A stretch of DNA of 61,807 nt. It comes from a virus. This document shows, piece after piece, positions 17,692 to 26,929 of this stretch; position 1 is the stretch's first letter; each line of letters begins with the position of its first letter. The notes below the pieces were generated by a model. That model saw nothing but the letters and a program-made list of their open reading frames with translations. It ran no database searches and was not told where the DNA came from. The stretch is from positions 1 through 61,807 of IMG/VR virus record IMGVR_UViG_3300018025_000004; one strand, written 5' to 3'. The translations under genes were made by a program, and so were the position numbers.

Positions 17692-18117
17692 ATGTCCTCG
17701 GCCTATAATAAGTTCAACGCTTTTGTCGCCGATCTGGCGGATAAGGTTCACAACCTCGGCAGCGACACCTTGAAGGTGTCGCTGACCAACACTGCCCCGG
17801 TCGCCACCAACGCGGTGCTTACGGACATCACCGAGATCGCCGCCGGCAACGGCTACACGGCGGGCGGCAACGCTGCGACGGTGACCAGCGCTGCGCAGAC
17901 GGCTGGCACCTTGAAGCTGCTGCTCCAGAACCCCGCGACGTGGACCGCCTCCGGCGGCACCATCGGGCCGTTCCGCTACGCCGTGATCTACAACAGCACG
18001 GCGTCCGGCAAGAACCTCATCGGCTGGTTCGACTATGGCTCTTCGGTGACCCTCAACGCGGCTGAACAGTTTCAGGTCAGCTTCGACCAGACCAACGGCG
18101 TCTTGACGCTCGCCTAA
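17692..18117 (+). CDS. Hypothetical virion protein, 141 aa
   Basis: SD GGGAG. Possible distant paralogue of the gene at 26294..26836. Confidence 0.6.
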   Translation: MSSAYNKFNAFVADLADKVHNLGSDTLKVSLTNTAPVATNAVLTDITEIAAGNGYTAGGNAATVTSAAQTAGTLKLLLQNPATWTASGGTIGPFRYAVIYNSTASGKNLIGWFDYGSSVTLNAAEQFQVSFDQTNGVLTLA

Positions 18118-18155
18118 GTCAACGCAGCATCACGGCTCAGATGTAAGAGGCAACT

Positions 18156-19853
18156 ATGGCGACGAAGTTTTACGATCTGGTCCGTGTCTATACTGCGACG
18201 ACCGGCACGGGCACCATAACGCTCGGCACTGCGGTGCCGGGCTTTCAAACATTTGCCGCAGTGACCGATGGTGTGACCGTCAGTTACGCGATTGAGGAGG
18301 GAGCCAACCGCGAGGTGGGTCATGGCGTCTATAGCGCCAGCGCCGGTACGTTGACCCGCACCCCGCTGGTCTCGACGGCCGGCGCGAACGGCCCCATCAC
18401 GCTGGCTGGTTCCGCACAGGTGGCGATTACGCTTGCCGCCGAAGACCTCATGCTCGCCAACCTGCTGGACGTTAATGCTTCGGCACCGTCCAATGGTCAG
18501 GTCTTGGCGTGGTCCAACACTGACAGTAAGTGGGAGCCCGCGACTGTATCGGGTGGCGGCAGTGGCTCGACCACGCTGGCTGCGCTGACGGACGTGTCCA
18601 TTGCCTCGCCGACCGATGGCCAGTTGCTGGCGTACAGGACGGCGGACAGTAAGTGGGAGCATAGCGACCTGTATCTCACGGCCAGCGCGACGAAATACAC
18701 GCAGGTGAAGCTCACGCTGAATGGTCCCGGACAGTGGGGCATCTACGCCCTCGCTGCGCTGTCGCTCAGCACGGCTGCCGGTGTCGCGACCCCGTCCGGC
18801 ATTAGCGCCAATTCCGACTACAACGCCCGGAGCGACATTACGTCGCAAGCGGTGAGTATCCTCATTGCGTCGCCGGATACGAGCCATGGCTGGTCTTCCG
18901 CGAACTTGACGGATGTTGAGATCGTGCTGACCTACGCGTCAGCTATCGCGCCGACCAGCGTGAACGTGACGCCGATTGTGAGCACGCACGCGGCTTGCGC
19001 CCCGGCTGGGGCGACGATCTATGGGTCGCTTGACAGCGGCGCAACGTGGGTCGAAATCGGCACCAGCACGTTCACCGGGGAGACCGGCGGTGTGCTCTCG
19101 AATGAGGTCATTGTGCCGGTCTCGACCACGATCAGCATGTCCCGCCCGAACGACGTGGACCACACGGTGTCGCCGGCCACGGGTGACGTGCTGATCTGGA
19201 ACGACAGCACTGGAAAGTGGGTGCCCTCGCCCACCGCGTTTGCGCAGTATGCCACCCTGTGGACGGCTCCCCCTGCGCTGGCCAGCTTCACCACTCTCAA
19301 CTCCGCATCGGCTGTCCAGAACGCTGACAACAGCATCTCGGTGACTGGTGTTCCGACCGGCAACAACGTTCAAGCCTATCAAGGCATCTACAAGGCTGCT
19401 CCCGGAACCCCATACCGTATCCGCGCGCTCATCAAGCCCCAACTGATTTGGGCGGCGAATAACTATTGTTGCGTCGGGATCGGCTTTACGGACGGTACGA
19501 AGTTGCAGGTGGTCTCGTTGGGGACCACCGGTATGGCCCCCAACCTCGGTGTCGCGAACTGGGACAGTGTCACGTCCTTCAACAGTAACGTGGGCACCAA
19601 TGTCCCGATGCCTGTCCCCGACACGCTCTGGCTTGAGATCGCCGACGATGGCACGACGGTCTATTTCCAGTATTCGTATGACGGGTACAACTTCATCCCG
19701 CTTTACAGCGTCGCCAAATCAGCCGGCTTCCTTGGGTCTGGCGGCTACACCAACGTCGGCGTGCTCCTCAACACCTACACAACGTCCGCGTATGACGGCA
19801 TCCCCGTGGGTGGTGTGGTATTGTCGTGGAACCAAGCTCTGATCGCGCCGTAA
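18156..19853 (+). CDS. Tail fibre / receptor-binding protein 1
   Basis: The N-terminal ~105 aa are shared with the next gene. Repeated L.DV...P.dGQ.L.W....KW motif. The C-terminus looks ConA/LamG-like (WLEIADDGTTVYFQYSYDGYNF). Confidence 0.7.
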   Translation: MATKFYDLVRVYTATTGTGTITLGTAVPGFQTFAAVTDGVTVSYAIEEGANREVGHGVYSASAGTLTRTPLVSTAGANGPITLAGSAQVAITLAAEDLMLANLLDVNASAPSNGQVLAWSNTDSKWEPATVSGGGSGSTTLAALTDVSIASPTDGQLLAYRTADSKWEHSDLYLTASATKYTQVKLTLNGPGQWGIYALAALSLSTAAGVATPSGISANSDYNARSDITSQAVSILIASPDTSHGWSSANLTDVEIVLTYASAIAPTSVNVTPIVSTHAACAPAGATIYGSLDSGATWVEIGTSTFTGETGGVLSNEVIVPVSTTISMSRPNDVDHTVSPATGDVLIWNDSTGKWVPSPTAFAQYATLWTAPPALASFTTLNSASAVQNADNSISVTGVPTGNNVQAYQGIYKAAPGTPYRIRALIKPQLIWAANNYCCVGIGFTDGTKLQVVSLGTTGMAPNLGVANWDSVTSFNSNVGTNVPMPVPDTLWLEIADDGTTVYFQYSYDGYNFIPLYSVAKSAGFLGSGGYTNVGVLLNTYTTSAYDGIPVGGVVLSWNQALIAP

Positions 19854-19880
19854 GAAACCCACCCAATTGAGGGCGATCGG

Positions 19881-21011
19881 ATGACGAAGTTCTACGATCT
19901 GGTGCGGATGACCACCAGTACGACCGGCACTGGCACTGTAACGCTCGGCACTGCGGTGCCGGGCTTTCTTGCGTTGGCGACCGCCGGTGCGGCGGATGGG
20001 GATCAGATCACCTACACGCTGCAAGACGGCGTGAGCACGGAGCTGGGGCATGGCACGTATAGCGCGTCCGCAGGCACTCTCACCCGCACCGTGCTCAAAT
20101 CCACGAACGGCAATAATCCGATCAACCTCTCAGGCCTTGCGCAGGTGGTTTGCTCGCTTGCGTCGGAGGACTTGAAACTCGCCAACCTGCTCGACGTGAC
20201 GACCGCCGGAGCGACGGATGGTCAGGCGCTGATCTGGGACGCGGCGTCCGGCAGGTTCACGGTGGCGACTGCCGTAACAACCAGCGCAGCAACCACGCCA
20301 TCGCTTATCCAATACAAGTATTCCACCAGCCAGTCTCTCACGTTCGACACAACGCCGACTATCGGTAACTTGGTGATCCTCCTCACTGATGGGGCGACCT
20401 CAATCAGTGATAGCACCATGACCTACGTGGGGAAGCAGGTCAACGGTGACATGGGGCTCTCGATCTTCATGCGTCGCGTGACGGCTGCCAATCAGACCAC
20501 CACCATCAACGCATCTGGCATAACCCACGTTGTCGGTATTGAGGTCGCGAACGCCGGCAGCATCGAGTTCTCCACTGCCGTGGGCGGGTGGACTTCCGAG
20601 AGTGACGGCACCCACTGGACCGGCAGCATCCCGGCTATCGCCGAGAACGCGCTGCTGATGGTCTTCCTTAACGCGTATCCGAGCGCTGCCACGTATGGCG
20701 CTATGACGACGGGATATGCGCAGCTCTCCTTGTTCGATCAGGCCGGTATCGTGGTCGCAGGCCCGGCAGTCACCCCGCCGGCTACACCGCAGCCGTTCGA
20801 CATTCTCGTTGAAGGGTCTGAGGTCTGGTTCGGGATGATCCCGTTCTACATCGTTGGGGAGCCGCCGCACGCGTCACTTACGCAACTGAACGACGTTGTG
20901 GGTGTACCATCTGACGGTGACGTACTTCTGTACGACGCCACCAAGGGCTCGTGGACGCCGGTAAACCTTCTCACCTATATCAGCAGTGGCGGTACGACCC
21001 GCACGGCATAA
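19881..21011 (+). CDS. Tail fibre / receptor-binding protein 2 (N-terminal paralogue of fibre 1)
   Basis: MTKFYDLVR..TGTGT.TLGTAVPGF..GHG.YSASAGTLTRT.. aligns by eye with fibre 1. The C-terminal domain is different. Confidence 0.7.
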   Translation: MTKFYDLVRMTTSTTGTGTVTLGTAVPGFLALATAGAADGDQITYTLQDGVSTELGHGTYSASAGTLTRTVLKSTNGNNPINLSGLAQVVCSLASEDLKLANLLDVTTAGATDGQALIWDAASGRFTVATAVTTSAATTPSLIQYKYSTSQSLTFDTTPTIGNLVILLTDGATSISDSTMTYVGKQVNGDMGLSIFMRRVTAANQTTTINASGITHVVGIEVANAGSIEFSTAVGGWTSESDGTHWTGSIPAIAENALLMVFLNAYPSAATYGAMTTGYAQLSLFDQAGIVVAGPAVTPPATPQPFDILVEGSEVWFGMIPFYIVGEPPHASLTQLNDVVGVPSDGDVLLYDATKGSWTPVNLLTYISSGGTTRTA

Positions 21012-21025
21012 TCTAAGGGGTTGCT

Positions 21026-22900
21026 GTGCTCGGCTATGACGCCTTCGGCCAACTCGCTATTGGTCAAGCCTATTCGACCACGGTCACCACGAGCGGTGCG
21101 CCGGGTGCGATTGGCCAGTTTGCGTTCGGGCAGCTCACCACGAGCGTGCAGGGCCGCGTGCTTAACGCCTATTTCTTCGATGTCGCGACTGGCGCGTTCG
21201 CAGTAACTGGGGTTGACGCATCGCTGACGCATGGTGTGCCGCTCCGTAGCATGGCGGTGACGCCGGGCACATTCACGCTGGTCGGGGATGCTGCAACCTT
21301 TGAGGACGTGCACACCATTAAGGTGCTTACGACCGCTCCGGGCGCGTTTGTGCTGACCGGGCAGCCGACGACGCTGATCCACACACGCGAGCTGGTGACC
21401 GCGCCTGGGGCGTTCGGGCTGAGCGGTCAACCCACGACGTTCCACCGCAAGTACGCGATCACTGCACAAGCTGGGGCTTTCAGCTTCACAGGGTCTCCCA
21501 CGAACTTCTTGAGGCCGCTACGCAACCTCAAGACCGTGACGGGTGCGTTCACGATCTCTGGGGCGGCATCGTTCACTCTGGTGCGTGAGCTTGCGGTTTC
21601 GACAGGCGCATACTATCTCGCAGGCAATGCGGTTCCGGCGGTCTACCCACCGCTTGTCGCGCGCGGGGGTGCGTTCAGCCTACAATCAAGCCCTGCAACC
21701 ATGACGCGGACGCGTGTGTGGTCGCTTTCGACGGGTGCGTTTGCACTGGCTGGTGCGGCTGCGTTCCTGCTATACCGCCCGTTCAACATCGTGACCGGCA
21801 TGTACGCGTTGACAGGCCAGCCTGCGACCATGACGCGGAAGCGCGTGTTGTCGGCGGTGCCCGGAGCCTTCACATTGGGCGGGGGTGCGGCTGCGTTCGC
21901 GCGCAATCTGGCGGCAGCGCCGGGCGTCTATGTGCTGGGCTCCCAAACTGCCGTGCTGAGCGTGGGCCATGTGCTGACGGCTGCGTCGGGCGCGTTCGCG
22001 CTGGGCTCCCCACTCGCATCCTTGACCCGGACCAAGCTGCCTGCCGTCGATATTTTGGCGGCTGCGTTCGTGCTGACAGGCCAGCCCGCCACGTTCAAGA
22101 GGTCGTATGTGCTGTCGGCCACACCCGGCACGTTCGTGCTGGGCGGCTCTGCGACGCTCCTGCGCCCCCGGACGCTCTCGGCCACACCCGGCACGTTCGT
22201 ACTGGGTGGTCTGGCTGGGCTGCAAGTGACTTATGGCATCATGGACGACCCCACGAGATACGCCCTTGCTGGGCAGCCGGCGGGCCTGCTGGCTGGCCGC
22301 GTGCTGGCTCCGGCCCCGGCCTCGGTCGCACTGGCGGGGCAGCCAGCCTCTCTGGCGGTTCTGCGGACGCTCTACGCCCTACCGGGCGCGTTTGTGCTGA
22401 CCGGGCAGCCGACGTCGAACCAGCGGGCGATCACGCTGCAAACCCTCACCGGGGCGTTCGATCTGCTGGGGCGGCCAGCGTCGCCGGCACGGGCCTACGA
22501 GCTGGACGCGGCAGCAGGGGCGTTCCGTCTCGGTGATTACGCAATCTCCATGAACGTGGCACGCAAATTGCAGGTCGGGGGCGGGGCGTTCGCAGTAACT
22601 GGGGTGGGTGCAGCGTTCTCACGCAAGCGGGTGCTTCTCGCCGGCCCCGGCGTGTTTCATCTCGACGGGGCAAGCCTTGTCGGGTATGGTGCGGTCGGTC
22701 GTGCACAAGCGGACTTCGCGCTGGTGGCTCGCACAGAGGTGACATTCATGGACCCGAAGACCAGCGTCGATCTGGAACCTGTGGCGGACGTGGTGCTCGC
22801 GCTTGCGGTCCCCAGCATGTCTGTGAGCTTCGCGGCACAAGGCAGCACCTTCGTGGAGCTGCACGACGCGGCCCTGACGGTCATGTTTAGCGAGGCATAA
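21026..22900 (+). CDS. Repeat-rich fibre-like protein (about 24 repeats of ~26 aa, G-A-F-x-L-x-G core)
   Basis: GTG start behind AAGGGG. The periodic motif PGAFVLTGQPAT(F/L/M).R runs through the whole protein. Confidence 0.65.
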   Translation: MLGYDAFGQLAIGQAYSTTVTTSGAPGAIGQFAFGQLTTSVQGRVLNAYFFDVATGAFAVTGVDASLTHGVPLRSMAVTPGTFTLVGDAATFEDVHTIKVLTTAPGAFVLTGQPTTLIHTRELVTAPGAFGLSGQPTTFHRKYAITAQAGAFSFTGSPTNFLRPLRNLKTVTGAFTISGAASFTLVRELAVSTGAYYLAGNAVPAVYPPLVARGGAFSLQSSPATMTRTRVWSLSTGAFALAGAAAFLLYRPFNIVTGMYALTGQPATMTRKRVLSAVPGAFTLGGGAAAFARNLAAAPGVYVLGSQTAVLSVGHVLTAASGAFALGSPLASLTRTKLPAVDILAAAFVLTGQPATFKRSYVLSATPGTFVLGGSATLLRPRTLSATPGTFVLGGLAGLQVTYGIMDDPTRYALAGQPAGLLAGRVLAPAPASVALAGQPASLAVLRTLYALPGAFVLTGQPTSNQRAITLQTLTGAFDLLGRPASPARAYELDAAAGAFRLGDYAISMNVARKLQVGGGAFAVTGVGAAFSRKRVLLAGPGVFHLDGASLVGYGAVGRAQADFALVARTEVTFMDPKTSVDLEPVADVVLALAVPSMSVSFAAQGSTFVELHDAALTVMFSEA

Positions 22901-22902
22901 CG

Positions 22903-23196
22903 ATGAGCGTCTTTACGCGCCAGAACCAGTTGACCATCACTGTTCAGTTCGTGGCAGCCGATGGCACCCCGACCCAGCCACAAAACGCGACGCTACGTCT
23001 CGTGTACGTGGGCCTGACCAGTCAGAAGGTGATCGAGGATATAACGCTGTCTTACATGTATGGCGTGTGGTCCGGCGTATGGGATAGCACCCCCTGCAAG
23101 GGCGGGGTGGTTGCGTGGGTGGCACGAGGCTATGGCGGCTATAGTGCCGCGAAGCAAGGGTCGTTTATCATTGATGCGAACGCAGCAAATATGTGA
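22903..23196 (+). CDS. Hypothetical protein, 97 aa
   Basis: SD GAGG. Beta-rich small protein directly downstream of the fibre genes. Confidence 0.55.
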   Translation: MSVFTRQNQLTITVQFVAADGTPTQPQNATLRLVYVGLTSQKVIEDITLSYMYGVWSGVWDSTPCKGGVVAWVARGYGGYSAAKQGSFIIDANAANM

Positions 23197-23204
23197 GGTT
23201 GATT

Positions 23205-23552
23205 ATGAGCACTGAACCGATTACGCCCGTTACGCCCGTCAAACCCGTTGCGCCCGTTGCGCCCGTCAAACCCGGCTGGAGCGTGAGGATCACGCAGCTC
23301 TGGACTGTGGACATGGAGCCGCACATCCTCGGATGGCTCGATGAGCACTGCATCGCTTCGTGGCGCGTGAAGATCACGCAGCTCTGGACGATCCGGGTGG
23401 CTCTCTTCTGGATTATCTTGTCGGCCATCGCGACGATCTGGTCCGCGTTGACCGAGGTCATGCCGTTGTGGGTCTACGCCGTGCTCGGCATCCTTATGAA
23501 TGTGACGCTGGGCATTGCCCGCATCGCCAAGCAGCCGGGAGTGGACGAGTGA
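23205..23552 (+). CDS. Putative holin (pinholin-type partner of a SAR endolysin)
   Basis: Two C-terminal TM helices (IRVALFWIILSAIATIWSAL, LWVYAVLGILMNVTLGIA). Stop overlaps the endolysin start (GTGA). ATG 23205 follows GAGG. Confidence 0.6.
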   Translation: MSTEPITPVTPVKPVAPVAPVKPGWSVRITQLWTVDMEPHILGWLDEHCIASWRVKITQLWTIRVALFWIILSAIATIWSALTEVMPLWVYAVLGILMNVTLGIARIAKQPGVDE

Positions 23553-24052
23553 CCGACGCGCCGAACCCCCAGAGGAAGATCGCTGGACGCCTCAAGACCC
23601 ACGGGTTGTTGGCGGCGCTTGCGGTCACCACTGTCGGCAGCCTTGAGGGGCTGCGACAGACAGCTTATCCCGACCCCGCCACACGGGGCAAGCCGTGGAC
23701 GGACTGTTACGGCCACACCGGCCCGGACGTTCGTCGCGGTGTCCGCGAGAGCCTTGCGCAGTGCAAGGAGCTGTTGCTGGCCGACCTCGCCAAGGCTGGC
23801 GGCGGCATCGACCGCTGCATCACACACCCCACGACCGATGGTCAGGCTGTCGCCTTTCTGTCGCTCGCCTACAACATTGGTGTTGGCGGCTTCTGCCGGT
23901 CCAGCATCGCGCGGGACTTCAACGCGGGGCGCGTCACGCAGGCGTGCAATGACCTCATGAGGTATGACCGCGCTGCTGGGGTCGTGTTCCCCGGTCTGGA
24001 GCGTAGGCGCGCGATTGAGCGCCACCTGTGTCTCGGCCAAACGGAGGAGTGA
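23549..24052 (+). CDS. SAR-type endolysin, GH24 (T4/P21-like lysozyme)
   Basis: E-x8-D..T catalytic pattern (LEGLRQTAYPD...T) and YNIGVGGF. N-terminal Gly/Ala-rich weak TM GLLAALAVTTVG. Confidence 0.8.
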   Translation: MTDAPNPQRKIAGRLKTHGLLAALAVTTVGSLEGLRQTAYPDPATRGKPWTDCYGHTGPDVRRGVRESLAQCKELLLADLAKAGGGIDRCITHPTTDGQAVAFLSLAYNIGVGGFCRSSIARDFNAGRVTQACNDLMRYDRAAGVVFPGLERRRAIERHLCLGQTEE

Positions 24053-24054
24053 CT

Positions 24055-24501
24055 ATGGGTGAGCTATTCAACCTCATCCCGCACGCCGGGGTGATCTTTT
24101 GTGTACTGTGCTCGGTCGCGGCGCTGGCGGCGTTCATCTATATTCCTGACCCGTTCAAACATTACGCGACCGACGCTTTACTGGTGCTCGGGCTCGCGTC
24201 GTTCATTTATGGGGATGGCTACGCGGCTGCGGAGCGCATCTGGAAATCCAAGTTCGACGTGGCCATGGCGGACATCAACGCCGAGAACGAGAAGGCTGTC
24301 GTGGCTGCTGAGGAGCGTGTTCGCGCCACCGACGCAGCCAATGCCACCACCTTGAAGACCCAGCTCGATCTTCTGACTGCGCAGCACGACGCGGATCAGT
24401 TGGCGCTTCAACCCATCCGAAATGAGATCGCAAAGGCCGGCGCGGATGCCGACATGTCCGCTCCGTCGTTAATTCTCGACGCAATCAGGAGCGCGAAATG
24501 A
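24055..24501 (+). CDS. i-spanin (Rz-like)
   Basis: N-terminal TM (VIFCVLCSVAALAAFIYI) followed by a coiled-coil-like domain. SD GGAGGAG. Confidence 0.65.
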   Translation: MGELFNLIPHAGVIFCVLCSVAALAAFIYIPDPFKHYATDALLVLGLASFIYGDGYAAAERIWKSKFDVAMADINAENEKAVVAAEERVRATDAANATTLKTQLDLLTAQHDADQLALQPIRNEIAKAGADADMSAPSLILDAIRSAK

Positions 24502-24767
24502 GGCAACTGTGGGTGCTGGCACTGCTCATGCTGGGGGCATGCGATCCGTCGCAGCCCATCGTCATGACCTCCCCGCCACGGATCGAAAAAACCTTGCTCA
24601 ACAAGATCATCCCGACCGGGGTGCTCTCCTGCCTGCGCGAGCCTGACGGCTCGGCGGTTACGTCAATCCGGCAGTCGGCGACATATGTCATTGACCTGAA
24701 AAAAGCTGGTCGCGACTGTCGCCAAAAGCTCCAGATTGTGCGAAACATAATCCAGAGAGAACAGTAA
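24498..24767 (+). CDS. o-spanin lipoprotein (Rz1-like), encoded separately rather than embedded
   Basis: Lipobox LLMLGA|C. 89 aa. ATGA overlap with the i-spanin gene. Confidence 0.65.
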   Translation: MRQLWVLALLMLGACDPSQPIVMTSPPRIEKTLLNKIIPTGVLSCLREPDGSAVTSIRQSATYVIDLKKAGRDCRQKLQIVRNIIQREQ

Positions 24768-24782
24768 CTATTGGACCGGATC

Positions 24783-25163
24783 ATGGAATTGATGGCGTTC
24801 GCGGGGGCCGTGGCTGCCAGTCACGGCCCCATGATATTGACGATAGGGGCACCATTCATCTCAGCGTACCTCACTTGGGTGATGGCGCACAAAAAGCTCA
24901 AGATGGAGCAGGATGCGCAGACAGCACACCAAGACGAGATGGTGCATGCGGAGACCGCTAACCAGACCGACGCTTGGACGCGCCGGTTCGATGCGTTTAT
25001 TAACGCTGCCGAGGCGCGCAATAAAGACCTCTACACGGAGGTAATGACCTTGCGGCGTGAGGTGGTGCTGCTTCGGAAGGCGCTAGATCGGCGTACTTCT
25101 CTCTGCTCGGGCTGCGACAAGTTGCAGTATGTGGCATCGGAGGCTCCCTATGGCTCAACCTGA
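24783..25163 (+). CDS. Membrane-anchored coiled-coil protein, 126 aa
   Basis: N-terminal hydrophobic helix followed by heptad-like helices. The start is uncertain (TTG 24771 or ATG 24783). Confidence 0.5.
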   Translation: MELMAFAGAVAASHGPMILTIGAPFISAYLTWVMAHKKLKMEQDAQTAHQDEMVHAETANQTDAWTRRFDAFINAAEARNKDLYTEVMTLRREVVLLRKALDRRTSLCSGCDKLQYVASEAPYGST

Positions 25164-26283
25164 TCCGAACGCCCCGCCGGAGACCATAGCCTTTAGTGGC
25201 TTCTCCGGCATGAAGAACACAGTTACTGCGGAGCGCCTGACAGCCGATGAGCTGGTTCGGGCGCTTAACGTGGATATTGACGACAAGGGGCAGTTGCTCC
25301 GGCGGCGGGGCAAGACGCTCGTGGCAGGCGGCGACTTTCACAGTCTGTTCGCCGCCAACGATGGCACCGTATATGGTGTGCGCAACAACAACCTGTGCAT
25401 CATCAACCCGGACTACAGCACGGAAGTGCTCAAGACCGGCCTCAACTCGGACCCGGCCACCGGCCTGAGCCCGTTGTGCTATCTCCAGATCGGCGAAACC
25501 ATCTATTTCTCGTCGTTGCAGGACAGCGGCAAGATCATCGGTGACGTTGTGAAGCCTTGGGGTCAGCAGAATGATGCTGGGTTGTGGCTCTCGCCGGTGA
25601 TCCACCCCACACCCACGCTCGCGGCCATCCGGGGCAAGCTGCTCAAGGCTCCACCCATGGCCACCGCCATGACGTACTGGAATGGGCGCATCTATATGGC
25701 CAACGGTCGGCAGCTATGGGCCACCGAGCTGTATCTGTACGACTACGTGGATGCGACGCGTACATTCTTCACGTTCGAGACCGACATTACGCTGCTCGGC
25801 ACCGTGGGCGACGGCTTCTACGTTGGGGGTCTGGACGGGCTATGGTTCATGTCAGGGCCTCGGCTGGATGGCCTCAAGCGACAGAAGGTCATGGACAGCG
25901 CCGTCATCCCCGGATCGAGTGTGGACGTGCCGGCTGAGCTGGCGAACCCACCCCAGATACCCGCCACCAGCGACACACCGACGCAGGTGTCGATTTGCTT
26001 CTTGACGGAGAACGGCTTCTGTGTTGCGCAGGACAGCGGACAAGCCTACAATCTGACCGAGGCCAAGTTCATTTTCCCCGGCATCCAGCGAGCTGCTGCC
26101 ATGTTCCGTCGTCAGGACGGTGTGAGCCAGTATCTCGCGGTGGGGGACAGTGGGGGAACGCCGACAGCGGCAGCACGCATCGGCGATTTCGCAGATGCAG
26201 AGATCATTCGAGGCGGTGGTCGCTGGAGCCTCGTGGTGGATCAGGTTACATTCGGCGATGCAGTTGACGCGACGGTCATATAA
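25150..26283 (+). CDS. Hypothetical structural protein, 377 aa
   Basis: ATG behind GGAGG. Beta-rich sequence. First gene of the second structural block. Confidence 0.6.
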   Translation: MAQPDPNAPPETIAFSGFSGMKNTVTAERLTADELVRALNVDIDDKGQLLRRRGKTLVAGGDFHSLFAANDGTVYGVRNNNLCIINPDYSTEVLKTGLNSDPATGLSPLCYLQIGETIYFSSLQDSGKIIGDVVKPWGQQNDAGLWLSPVIHPTPTLAAIRGKLLKAPPMATAMTYWNGRIYMANGRQLWATELYLYDYVDATRTFFTFETDITLLGTVGDGFYVGGLDGLWFMSGPRLDGLKRQKVMDSAVIPGSSVDVPAELANPPQIPATSDTPTQVSICFLTENGFCVAQDSGQAYNLTEAKFIFPGIQRAAAMFRRQDGVSQYLAVGDSGGTPTAAARIGDFADAEIIRGGGRWSLVVDQVTFGDAVDATVI

Positions 26284-26293
26284 GGAGCAGGTT

Positions 26294-26836
26294 ATGAACG
26301 AACAGTATGAGCGCCGCGACAGCGGCTTGATGGTCCCCAAGGCGCAGGAGCTGCTCGTGGGCGGCAAGTATACCGGCCAGATCATCCGCAACAGCAAGGT
26401 TGTCGATGAGTTCGAGGACTTCAATCTGGTGACGAACGAGGGCCTGAACAGCCTCCTGAATGTCGGCCTGAACGGTGCGACGCAGCTCACCGCGTGGTAT
26501 CTGGGCCTGTTCCAAGGCAACTACACCCCGGTCTCGACCGACACGGCGGCGGTCATCGCCGGCAACTCGACGGAGAGCAGCTCCTACGCAGGCACCACGC
26601 GTCCGCAGTGGACCCCGGTGGCGGCGTCGGGCCAGTCGATTACCAACTCGGCGGCGCGCGCGTCCTACACCTTCAACGCCTCGGTCACGATCTACGGCGC
26701 GTTCCTCATTTCGAGCGCGGTTATCGGCGGCGCCACCGGCGCGCTGTTGTCGGCGGCGCGCTTCACGACGGCCAAGCCCGTCGTGGCGAACGACCAGCTT
26801 CTGCTGACCTACACCCTGAGTGCGGCGTCGGCCTAA
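26294..26836 (+). CDS. Hypothetical abundant virion protein, 180 aa
   Basis: SD AAGGAG. Followed by an intrinsic terminator. Possible paralogue of the gene at 17692..18117. Confidence 0.6.
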   Translation: MNEQYERRDSGLMVPKAQELLVGGKYTGQIIRNSKVVDEFEDFNLVTNEGLNSLLNVGLNGATQLTAWYLGLFQGNYTPVSTDTAAVIAGNSTESSSYAGTTRPQWTPVAASGQSITNSAARASYTFNASVTIYGAFLISSAVIGGATGALLSAARFTTAKPVVANDQLLLTYTLSAASA

Positions 26837-26878
26837 GTTCGGATGGCGGCGAACGGCACCCTCGCCGCAGTCTGAAAC

Positions 26879-26917
26879 GGCCCGCAGCGTCCTCCAGCGT
26901 TGCGGGCCACCCTTTTG
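26879..26917 (+). terminator. Intrinsic terminator
   Basis: Stem GGCCCGCAGCG / CGTTGCGGGCC followed by ACCCTTTTGTG. Confidence 0.65.
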
Positions 26918-26929
26918 TGAGGTGGGATA

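Noticed and set aside
18156-22900. A diversity-generating retroelement acting on the fibre genes.
   Set aside because: No reverse transcriptase gene is present. There is no template/variable repeat pair with adenine-specific mismatches. The repeats in the fibre genes are in-frame protein repeats.
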